Of a stretch of 64,000 nt of DNA, positions 11,950 to 23,400 are shown piece by piece. The notes under the pieces are model-generated. The model saw nothing but the letters and a program-made list of their open reading frames with translations. It ran no database searches and had not been told where the DNA came from. Source of the stretch: Octopus sinensis (lineage: Eukaryota). Positions within the stretch are counted from its first letter, which is position 1. Every line of letters begins with the position of its first letter. The DNA lies in contig NC_042999.1 in NCBI RefSeq assembly GCF_006345805.1, positions 149,048,001-149,112,000 on the forward strand, read 5' to 3'. The position numbers and the translations under genes are program-made.

Positions 11950-13975
11950 CCTCTTTTGTCTAGCATTAATACCTCTCTTGAAATTGCTTGATGATGTACA
12001 ATATGGCTATAAAATGTTTGATAAAAATATCTCTTTTACATGGATGATTTAAAGCTCTTTGCCAAAAAAATGGCCAACAAATACAGGGTTTACTAGAAAT
12101 TGTTAAACAATTCAGTGATGACAGCAGGATGAAATTTGGCCTCGATATATATGCAAAAACTACTTTTTTTAAAGGAAAACTGACAGAAACATCCATTGTT
12201 AATCTTGACCAGCAGAATGTCATAAAGGAGTTGGAACCAGTGGAGAGCTACAAATACCTAGGGATATTTGAAGGTGATGGAATCAAACATTCAAGAGAAT
12301 GTTATTACAGGGTAAGTGCAATACCCAAGACAGAGCTGAATGCAAGAAACAGGATTGATTGATCAATACTTCAGCCATACAGGTTGTGACTTACAGTTTA
12401 ATATCATTAACTGGTCAATTACTGAAATATGAATCTTGACAGAAAAATACGAAAATTGTTGATAATGCATAGAATGCACCACCCTAAGGCAGATATAGAA
12501 CGACTTCACCTGTCAAGAAAAGAGGGTGGACATGGACTTTTACAACTGGAACTAACAATGAAGATTGCCACAATTGGTCTCAACACCTGCCTGAAAAACT
12601 CTGATGACTGAATGTTAAAACTTGTCTCAAAGCATGAAAATAAGAAAGCATCATACTCAGTAACAAAACAGGCAAAGGAATATCTAAGTGAATTCCAAAT
12701 ACAACAAATCCTGGAATTAAATGTACTGGAAACAAGCACAAATAAAGCTCAGCATATGAAAACCTGTGCTAAAACTGCTGCCTTAGATATTCTTACTGAT
12801 GAATGGTAAAAAAAAACACTCTCAGTGGCAAATACCCCAAGAGAGTTAATGATGCCGATGTTGACAAAGCCCTTACCTGCCAATGGCATAAAATCAGAAA
12901 CAGAAAGGTTTATCATAGCATCCCAAGATCAATGTCTACCTACATTGTCAAGATCAATGTCTACCTACCAGGTCAACATAAACAGTAGTAGCCCAACATG
13001 TCGTGTATGTAAACAACAAAATGAAACCATTGATCATGTTGTCTCCATGTACAGTCTTCTTGGGCCTACAGAGTATCTCAACAGGAAGGTAGCGAGCTGG
13101 TAGAAATGTTAGCATGCCAGGTGAAATGCTTAGCGATGTCATCTGTCTTTATGTTCTGAGTTCAAATTCGGCTGAGGTCGACTTTGCCTTTCATCCTTTA
13201 GGGGTTGATAAATTAAGTACCAGTTGCGTACAGGGGTTGATCTAATCAACTGGGCCCCTCCCCCAAGATTTTGGGCCTTGTGCCTAGAGTAGAAAAGAGT
13301 ATCTCAACAGGCATGATAGAGCAGCACAGTATATTCACTGGGTAATTTGCAAACACCTGGACCTGCCCCATGATAAAAACTGGTGGGAACACAAACCACC
13401 TCCAGCGCTTGAAAATGACCACATCTCACTCCTCTGGAACTTCACCATTCAAACTGACAGAAAGATAGATGCAAATAGGCCAGACATTATATTGAAAGAC
13501 TTCAGACAAAAATCATGCCTCCTCATTGATATAACTGAACCACTCGACATAAATGAATCTGTCAAGACCTACCAAAAACTGAGCAAGTATAAAGATCTTG
13601 AAATCGAAATTTGTAAAATGTGGAATCTCAAGACTAAAACAATACCTGTTGTCATAGGTGCCATAGGGATGATAGCAAAAGGGGCTGATTCCTACCTAAC
13701 TCAGGTACCAGAAAAACCCAAAATAGCAGAGATTCAAAAGACAGTGCTCATAGGAATTGCCCATATCCTACGTAAAATACTGTCAATGTAATCACAAATT
13801 TTAAAGCAAACTTATAGAGAATGTTTTCTTAAACATTCTCTAGAACAATACTATGTGCAAAACCAAATATATGACACTCTAGGCATAATACCAACTTGAA
13901 CTTTTAACTTGTCTCTTGAGGTCTCTGGGTGAGACTTGGAGACAACTTGTGCAAATACAAAGCAAGAGTCAAACA
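11950..13975 (+). mobile_element. R4/Dong-like LINE, 5'-truncated and decayed (RT C-terminus, CCHC, RLE, 3'UTR)
   Basis: ORFs MKFGLD...YKYLGI; MHHPKADIERLHLSRKEGGHGL; CRVC...DHVVS; LIDI...KLSKYKDLEIEI...IPVVIGAIG. Flanked by (AAT)n at ~11928-11945 and (GAT/AAT)n at ~13978-14003. Confidence 0.88.
13086..13295 (+). mobile_element. tRNA-derived SINE family B inserted in the LINE, 16-bp TSD
   Basis: AGAGTATCTCAACAGG is duplicated at 13070-13085 and 13296-13311; removing the insert restores EYLNRHD. B-box-like GAGTTCAAATTC. Confidence 0.9.
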
Positions 13976-14724
13976 TATGATGATGATGATGATGATAATA
14001 ATATGCCTCCTAACAGAGAGGGATACACACACATAATCAGTTTGAGAAGCACAATGCACACACATACATCATAGTATGTATGTGTGTAAGTGTGTGTGTG
14101 TGCATGCGCGTGTGTACTTGAAAAAGAAAAAAAATCAGGGACTGAGGCGGACAATAAGTTCCAACTTTGTAATCTTGTATATTCTGGAGGGATTAATTCT
14201 CAAATAGAATTAATCATATCAGAGCCAAACAACTTTGCCATAATGACCTTGAAATGAAACTAAATACGAACAGACACTGTTTGGTACAATAAATTACAAT
14301 ATTCACTTGAAAATTATTTCCTCCTCCTCCTCTCCCCCTTCTTCTCTCTCTCTCACATGTCTGTTATTCTTTCTTTCCCTATCTCCCTCTTCCTCTCTCG
14401 TTCTCCCTTCTCTTCTCTCTCTCAAAAAGTTCACAAATTTTAAGTTCAAATCCAGCACAAGATGTTTTGTTTTTTTGTTGGGTTTGTAGTCAGGCCCCTT
14501 AACTTGTATGTCACTCATTTCACTAATGTATAAAGAACAACAGAAACACTTGATCTTCGAGGAATGGAGTTATGGTTCTGCCTGTAAGGCAACATTCTAT
14601 TCAAAAGGAGGATTTCTTGGTAATTTCCTTCGTGTCATCAACCCTATCTAAAACTCATTTACAAATATATAAAATTCCGATGTATGTAAGACAAACAAAG
14701 TTTGCTTTTTTAGAAGCATTGAGA

Positions 14725-15280
14725 TCATCATCATCATCACCATAACCATCACCATCATCATCATCATTTAACGTCATTTTCCATGCTAGCATGGGTTGGA
14801 TGGTTCGACTGGGGTCTGGGAAGCCAGGAGGCTGCAGTCTGATCTGGCAGTGTTTCTACAGCTAGATGCCCTTCCTAACACCAGCCACTCCTTGAGTGTA
14901 GTGGGTTCTTTTTACATGCCACCGGCACAGGGGCCAGAAGAGGCTGGCAAACGGCCAAAATCGGTTGGTGCTTTTACATGTCACCGACACGGGCGCCAGT
15001 CAGGTGGCGCTGGCATCTGCCACATTTGGACAGTGTCACTGGCACGGGTATCATAACTACAATTTCCATTCGATTTTTATTTTGATGTTGATGTTGACGT
15101 ACTTGACTCAATAGGTCTCCTCAAGCACAGCGGGTCACTCTACGATCCAAGGTTAGCACAGCAGGCTGTCCTGCGAGCCATGAACTCACTTCATTTGTCG
15201 GGTCTTCACAGTCACAGCATATCTCAGAGGTCTTGGTCTTCGTCATTTCCTCTGTGAGGCCCTACGTGCCACCAGCACAC
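14725..15280 (-). mobile_element. RTE LINE 3'UTR-derived repeat with (ATG)n tail; other copies ~3180-3450, 5020-5305, 24990-25400, 34543-34695, 47455-47765(+)
   Basis: Same sequence as the 3' end of the RTE at 22270-24535 (catcatcat...tttaacgtc...ccatgctagcatgggttgga). Confidence 0.8.
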
Positions 15281-15339
15281 AGATATGGAAACCGTTAACA
15301 GTACTAGTATCTACAAATGCTATATTGCAGCTATTGGTT

Positions 15340-15760
15340 TCCATCAAAGTGAGAGAACCAACTGACTTAGTAAACACCCACAAAATTATTAACCATCATG
15401 CCAACAACCAACTTGAGCACCTTTTTGAGCTCCATATGTCTAACACATGTGGACATGCCTACAAAGTCAGAAAACAGCACAGCTCCCATGACTTTCAGAA
15501 ACATTTTTTCACACTCAGAGTTGCTGAAGCATGGAACAAACTACCTGCATCAGTTGTTAGTTGCTGAGACATTGTATCCTTTAAATCCTCCATGCTTCCT
15601 GAAATTTGCCAACACTACACCTGATATCCCCCACCTCGATATGCATGCACACATGTATATCATGACTCATACACTGTTCACTTTCCTGACTTTTGTATAT
15701 AATTCTTTGATGAGTTATAGGGCACCTGAGCACTATACACAATAATTTCATTATTACTAT
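15340..15760 (+). mobile_element. CR1-like LINE 3' fragment
   Basis: [34 protein letters not shown]; same family as 57340-58130. Confidence 0.8.
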
Positions 15761-18039
15761 TGAGTAAGAGAGCATTGCATGCCATCAAAGTGACACTGGG
15801 CATAAAATATGTGAAGCCCAGTGTACCCATCATGACTACCTGTCTGATAAGGGTACACCAGGTACAGGTATCACAACCATATAAACAGTGCATGACCTTG
15901 CAGGTGGGGCCCACTTAGAATTTTCTTCAGGTCCCATTCAAAAGGTTCCTGAATAAGGGTTGTTTAAGGATGATGAACAAAACACCCATGTTTCTGAAGG
16001 TGAATTATCCAAACCCCAAAGAATTCTTCTCAACACTACTTCTGCTCATGATCAGAGATGTACATATCGTCAGCCACTAAGGGACATGCTCAACTGGTTA
16101 TGGTCAAACAACTGACAAGCAAATATGTGGTATTAAGCAGAATATTTGCTGTAGCCCATCTTTTATACCAAGACAAAACAATGTACATGATAACACTTCC
16201 AATCGGTTAAGATGAGAAGCCATGAAAGTCGCCTTCTTCTTCTTCTTATTATTATTATTATATCTTCTTGTTTCACCAGATCATTGGATCATATCCAATC
16301 CAAACCTTTCAAAGTTGCCTCTACACCAGAAATTAGCACTTCTTTTGGTATCAATTCCCCTTCATAGAATCATAGATAGCTTATTGATTCCCATCATGCA
16401 ATTTTTAAAAATGAATTTAAAGAGTATAATTAATAAAATGTCTTGTTTTAAAAGCAATAATTCCTTTGTTCTTTTGTGTCATTCTCACATTTTTGATCAC
16501 AGATATTTAAAAAAATCTAGCAGAAGTACTTAATGATATTGATAAAGAATAAAAATTCAATCATACTATATGAATATTATATGAATTGGGATATCTAATG
16601 AGAGACATGTGCTGGTAAATAGGATTTATGGCATTGATATTTGGTTGAGAATTAGTGAATTTTAGCCTTAAATTATTATGCTCCCTTAAAGCTCTGGTGT
16701 TTATCGATCTCTTGAATAGTTAATCCCTGTGGTACATGGATGCTTGAAATACTAGAAATAGCAAACAAATCTCCCTGAAATTCTATAGTTTTTTATATTA
16801 TATTATAGAAAACGTCTAGTGGTTCTGTAAAAAGGCAGGATGATCATAACTGGAATGCTTTTGTTCATAGGTATGATCGATTAGGGTTTGCATGGAGCTG
16901 AACAACAATAACAAGAATAAAAACTAATCCTCTGAACCAAGGTTTAATTTATCTTTAACTCTTGACCCCCTATCGTATCCTCCTTCCTCCCTTCTATTTA
17001 TTTCATTGATTAAAATCAAGGAAGCCCGTCAAAATGTCCAAAACATAAAAAATAAACCTATAAGAAACTCATGTATCTCACCTTCAAATGAGACGGGTGT
17101 AATAGTTAAAACACTATTACACCCGTCTCATTTACAAATCCGTGTTGTGGGTGGAAGGGATTTTCTAATCCTAACTACACCCACCATCAATATCTCTCAA
17201 CTTAAAACAATCGATGCCAAGGTTTTTTTTTTGACAAATGTGACGATATTTCCGTGGGTGCAGTCACAAGAGAGACTGAATAAACATCTAATTCAATGCT
17301 TAACAGTAAAAAAAATATACTTGATTTACAATTACTTCAACAGGGGTAGCTTATCCTGTTCAGGTTATATTATTAGCATTATCCTGCGTTTGAGAATTTA
17401 AAATCACTTCTTTAACTTTCTAATTACTTCAAAGTTTAGAAAATAACTATAATTGATATAGTTATTACCAATAATTATAACTATAGGTAATATACTGGAA
17501 TTGATATATAAAAGAGACGATAGAAAATAGTATCTATGAGAATGAAGTCAAACAGTAAAGACAGCATAAATTCTCCTAGGCAACTTTGTCTTGCATCTTC
17601 GCCAATTATATATTAGGTCGATCGATTCAACGAAATGAACCCTTAGAAATACCTAGTGAAAAGATGAATACTTCTTGATGATTTTTGTCGATGTACTAAA
17701 CCCAATTGTTAACGACCTTTCTCAAGAGAAATCAATATTTTGAAATGCCATACCTTTATTTTTTTGTCACCGTCTGTTGTTTATGTTAAAGATTGTATTT
17801 CAAATTATTAACGAACGCTATGTACTCTAATATATTATTAAATATGTTTTAATGATTATCCGATAAAATCGATACATAAATGTATTTCCAAAAATAAAGT
17901 AGGTAGGGACAAATTACTACGTTTAATAAAATTAAAATAGCTTTAAACCCCACAAAATTGCTCTAACATTGCTGGTGGTGGTGGTAGTTATAGGACAGAC
18001 GTTGGTCCCCTTGTGGGTAGTAAAGAAATAGGTATATGT

Positions 18040-18385
18040 CAGTTAGGGAACAGCTGCATTGGATTGTCTGCTAAAAGTTATTTATAAACACACACACACT
18101 CATACTAAGGTCGAGTTTCCTAACACGATTCACAATTCATAATTGAGGTCAGCCGGGAAAATGTCAAAGGTGAGAGTCTCGTTTTCATACTTGACACCGG
18201 CTTCACGTGGAGTGCGGTGATAGGTTGAAGGCAGCTGAGTTTTCTCAATAGTAAGTGTGTTCAGGTTTACAGTTGTAATCGTGTAGTTGTGGCTGGGAAA
18301 CCTTCCCAAAATCTCATCGGACCCGCTTCGTTGCATTCCTGCAAACGTAAAAGCTGAAGAACAATAGGAACCTTATAGAATTAAT
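18040..18385. promoter_or_regulatory. Probable promoter/5'UTR region of MYDGF, possibly bidirectional
   Basis: Largely repeat-free, relatively CpG-rich unique sequence directly upstream of the ATG. Confidence 0.45.
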
Positions 18386-18523
18386 ATGGCTCGAGGGCTG
18401 CATCGGTGGTTGGTAGCAGTTATTTCCCTATTTGGTTTTGTTAGTGTTGTCCTAAGTGACGAAGAAAGCACCCAGTTTGATGTCAAACCCGGAGGACAAG
18501 TTAACGATTATGTGAAAGAATGG
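18386..18523 (+). CDS. MYDGF: MYDGF exon 1 coding part (46 codons; signal peptide + FDVKPGG)
   Basis: ATG at 18386, hydrophobic leader, donor GTAAAT at 18524, phase 0. Confidence 0.92.
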
Positions 18524-18713
18524 GTAAATAAATAAACACACTTCTATAATTTAACATCGATATTTTTTACTATATTCGAAAGTCGATCGTTACTCTTAAC
18601 ACGTGTCATGTACATAAGTTTTGTTTTGATTATAAACCATCTGTTTTCTTAGCGGTTGCTTTATCTTTAACACGCAGCACATACTTCAACAGCGGGATAA
18701 CTGCTTTACTGTT

Positions 18714-18764
<51 letters not shown>

Positions 18765-19055
18765 GTATATATTATATATATATATTATGTATATATATAA
18801 TATATATGTATATATATATATGTATATATATATATTATGTATATATATATATATATTATATATATATATGTATATATATATATATGTATTATATATATAT
18901 ATGTATATATATATATATGTATATATATATAGTATATATATATATAGTATATATATATATATATGTTATATATATATATATATATGTATAATATATATGT
19001 ATATATATATATATATGTATATATGTATATATATATATATATGTATATATATATG

Positions 19056-19141
<86 letters not shown>

Positions 19142-20193
19142 GTATATATATATATGTATAGAAATTAAATATAAAATATAAATTACAAAGTGGGACAAGA
19201 ACGCAAAAACACACAAGGAGACGACACAAAAACACAGACGGGTCACTCGAAGCCTCTAATCTTCAGTCGGGAACATATATATATATATAATATATATATA
19301 TATATGAGTTCGTGATCAAATTCCACCGAGGTCGACTTTGCCTACCATCCCTTCGGGGTCGATAAATTAAGTACCAGTTGCGTACTGAGGTTGATCTAAT
19401 TGACTGGCCCCCTCCCCAAAATCTTTTCGGGCCTTGTGCCTAGAGTAGAAAAAAACGAGTTCGTGATCTGTTGATCTACGCGGAAATGTTACATTGTTAT
19501 TAACTAAAAATATCTTTCATGGTTAGATTTGGTTATTTCCGTATCTGAAGATATCTACATTTCACTTCTATTACAGATATATGTAGCTATATATATATAT
19601 TGGTTAAATCCTGGTGTGATAATTTTCAGCTTGTTTTTTTTATTAGTTACTTATTTGTTTTGTTATAGACGACATCTCTTCCTTTTCCCAGCCAGCTGGT
19701 TGTGGCCTTACTGGGACACACTGAACCATATTTATATGCAGAAATATGAAAACCCAAATAGTTCTGGATGTTATTCAATGAAAAGGGCAAATCAGAAACC
19801 AAGTTGTGATAGTTCTAATATCCACATTTCATTATATTATCCTAATATCGATTTTTTTTTTTTACTTTAATAAGCAATCTAACATTATTGATCTTCCCAA
19901 TTTGTGTCAACGTGACCCAGCTGAGATCCTTACATCAGATTTGCGATATATTAACGGGTATATCTTGAATTCCTAATCGTTTTCTCCCCTTTCTCCATTT
20001 CACATTTTTGTTCATAATATTTTCATTGCGTTTATTTAATTTCATATATTTAATTCAGTGCATGTACCCAACAAAAACAAACTCCAAACCCCCCAGGCGG
20101 CGAATTCTCCGAGTTGTTAGATCGTTAGCCAGAATGGTTTCGGGGTATTTCTTGTGACCCTCTGCACTTTGAGTTCAAATCCTACCGATTTAT

Positions 20194-20265
<72 letters not shown>

Positions 20266-20408
20266 TATGTAATAATTATTCGGTTGCCATAATAAGACTC
20301 CAAGTTTCGGAGTCTTATCACAGCAACCGAATAATTGTCACTTATTATATTCATCTATTTACATAATATAGAGGTCTCATTCATTCTTTTGTTGTCTTAC
20401 CATTATTA

Positions 20409-20460
<52 letters not shown>

Positions 20461-23400
20461 GTAATGTGAACAACTTATCTACGCTTCGCGGACAAGATGA
20501 CAAAAATATTGTCGAGAAGAGCAGCTAACATCCTTGTACTATCCACTCTACCTTTACGAGATTCTTAGGTGCTACGCCTTCATCCCAATTCAGCGGAGGA
20601 GAGATGCCGTTCGGTGGAGTGAGGACACTGGGGGGCTCAACAGGGATCTCTGATAATGACTGGTACTTAATCATCATCCACTTAGGTCTATCGGCGAAGC
20701 GACAAAGTTGGCGCTGGTGAATAATTCGTAACACATGGCGTACCAGACGAGCGATTTCCCCCTTTCAAATGAGAAATGGATTACCCGTCTGGACGCGTGC
20801 TTTCGTCACGATCAAGGCCCGCAGACTCCAGATTTGACGGGATATCAGTAGCTCCTTTTAAAGCTATCGTTCAGTGCAGCGCTTGAGGGAGCCGTTCTAC
20901 ACATGAGAAGGAATGTTATAGTTTGTTTTGTATATACTTTGAATCTTTTCAGTTTGAACGGCAGTTTTACTAGCGGTGTCATATGAAATTGTTACCCATA
21001 ATTATGACCCTAGTATCGATCTATTGCATTTCAATCTGTTTTAGGATTAGGGTTAGGAGTGGGGGAAGGGTATCTTTTTTTCTTCAGAAATGTAAATAAA
21101 CCCAATCTGTTTCTTAAACGAGGGACATATTCATACGGCACAGAATGTTTTTTACTTCAATAGACGTCATTGATTGGTTGAAATTGAAGAAAAAAACCCA
21201 ACAAATATCTTATAAAGCCAAGAGAAAAAGATGTTTTATAAACACATTCTACCAGTATACGAAGTCTAAAAGTGTTTAGTTACGTGGAAATTATTTTTAA
21301 AAAACTGCCGTTCAAACCGAAAAGATCCCAAATTTGCCAATTTTATCAATTTTATGATGTATCGATTTATTGAATATTTATAAAATATTTAAACTGAATG
21401 GAATTAAAAAATTATATATATTTGCAAATGTGTTGTAAAAGATTTATTTACAACAAATGTCAAGCCGAAATGTCAGATGATTTATTGCTAATGTTTATAA
21501 ATATTCAGATTCCTCATCTTTCAGGATAAGGCATTTTAATATATTTATATCTTCATTATGCTTTTATCTCTGATCGTCATCAGTTTTCTATTCCTGGATA
21601 TATGTATCGTATCAGACTGGATCTGAAATAGAAACCCTTATATTTAGACTAAAATTTAGGTATAATTATAGCCTGGCGTCATGTAGGTATTTAGAAACAG
21701 ACATCTGATGCAACCACATGGTTCTGGGTTCAGTCCCACTGCATGACACCTTGAGCAAGTATCTTCTACTATTGCTTCGGGCCGACCAAAGCCTTGTGTG
21801 TGGATTTGGTAGACGGAAACTGGAAGAAGCCCATTGTACATGTGTGTGTGTGTGTTGGTGTCTGTGTTTGTCCCCCACCACTGCTTGACAATTGGTAACT
21901 TAGCGGTTCGGCAAAAGTACCCAATAGAATAAGTTACCAATCTTAAAAAAGAATAAGTACTGGGGTCGATTCATTCAAGTAATAATTTTTCAAGGCAGTG
22001 CCCCAGCATGGCTACAGTCTAATGACTGAAGGAAATAAAAGATAAAAAATATATATATTTCTCTTTTACTCTTTTATTTGTTTTAGTCATTTGACTGCGG
22101 CCATGCTGGAGCACTGGCTTTAGTCGAGCAAATCGACCCCAGGACTTTGTAAGCCTAGTACTTATTCTATTGGTCTCTTTTGCCGAACCGCTAAGTTACG
22201 GGGACGTAAACACACCACCATCGGTTGTCAAGTGATGTTGAGGGGACAAACATATAAACACACATACATATATCATCATCATCATCATCGTCGTTTAACG
22301 TCCGCTTTCCATACTAGCATGGGTTGGACGATTTTGACTGAGGGCTGGCGAACGAGATGGCTGCACCAGGCTCCAATCTTGATCTGGCAGGGTTTCTACA
22401 GCTCGATGCCCTTCCTAACGCCAACCACTCTGAAAGTGTAGTGTGTGCTTTTTACGTACCACTGGCACAGGGGCCAGTCAGGCGGTACTGGCAACGACCT
22501 CGCTCAAATCTTTTTACACATGCCACCAGCACAGGTGCCAGTAAGGCGATGTTGGTAACGATCACGCTCAAATGATGCCCTTTTACGTGCCACCGGCATG
22601 GAAGCTAGTTGGCTGCTCTGGCGACGATCACGCTTGGATGGTGCTCTTGGCACCCTACTAGCACAGGCACAAGTGCCAGTAAGGCAACGCTGGTAACAAT
22701 CACACTCGAATGGTGCCTTTTATGTGCCACTGGCACAGAAGCCAGTTAGCTGCTCTGTCAACGATCACGCTCGTATGGTGCTCTTTGTACCCCGCTAGTA
22801 CGGATGCCAGTCATCGAATGTGATTTTAATTTCACTTGCTTCAACAGGTCTTTGCAAGCAGAGTTTAGTGTCCAAGGAAGGAAAAGGTATGCATAAGCGG
22901 GCTGGTTACACCCCTGGCATAAGCCACAGGTTATGGTCTCATTTGGCTTGCCGGGTCTTTGCAAGCACAGCATATTTCCAAAAGTCTCAGTCGCTAGTCA
23001 TTTCCTCAGTGAGGCCCAATGTTTGAAGGTCGTGCTTCACCACTTCATCCCAGGTCTTCCTGGGTGTACCTCTTCCACAGGTTCCCTCAACCGCTAGGGT
23101 ATGGCACTTTTTCACACAGCCATCCTCCTCCATTCTTGCCACATGACCATACCAGCGCAGTTGTCTCTCTTGCACACCACATCTGATGCTTCTTAGCTCC
23201 AACATTTCTTTCAAGGTACCTACACTCTGTCTGCACACTGACATTACACATCCATTGGATCATACTGGCTTCATTCCTTGTGGGCTTACACATATCCTCA
23301 GCAGTCACGGCCCATGTTTCACTGCCATGTAGCATAGCTGTTTGTACACAAGCGTCATACAGTCTACCTTTTACTCTGAGCGAGAGGCCCTTTGTTGCCA

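Noticed and set aside
17006-17401. 131-aa ORF upstream of MYDGF
   Set aside because: Starts at TTG, is AT-rich with no motif, and spans the hairpin.
18130-18336. 68-aa minus-strand ORF head-to-head with MYDGF
   Set aside because: No recognisable homology; within chance expectation. Kept only as part of the divergent-transcript hypothesis.
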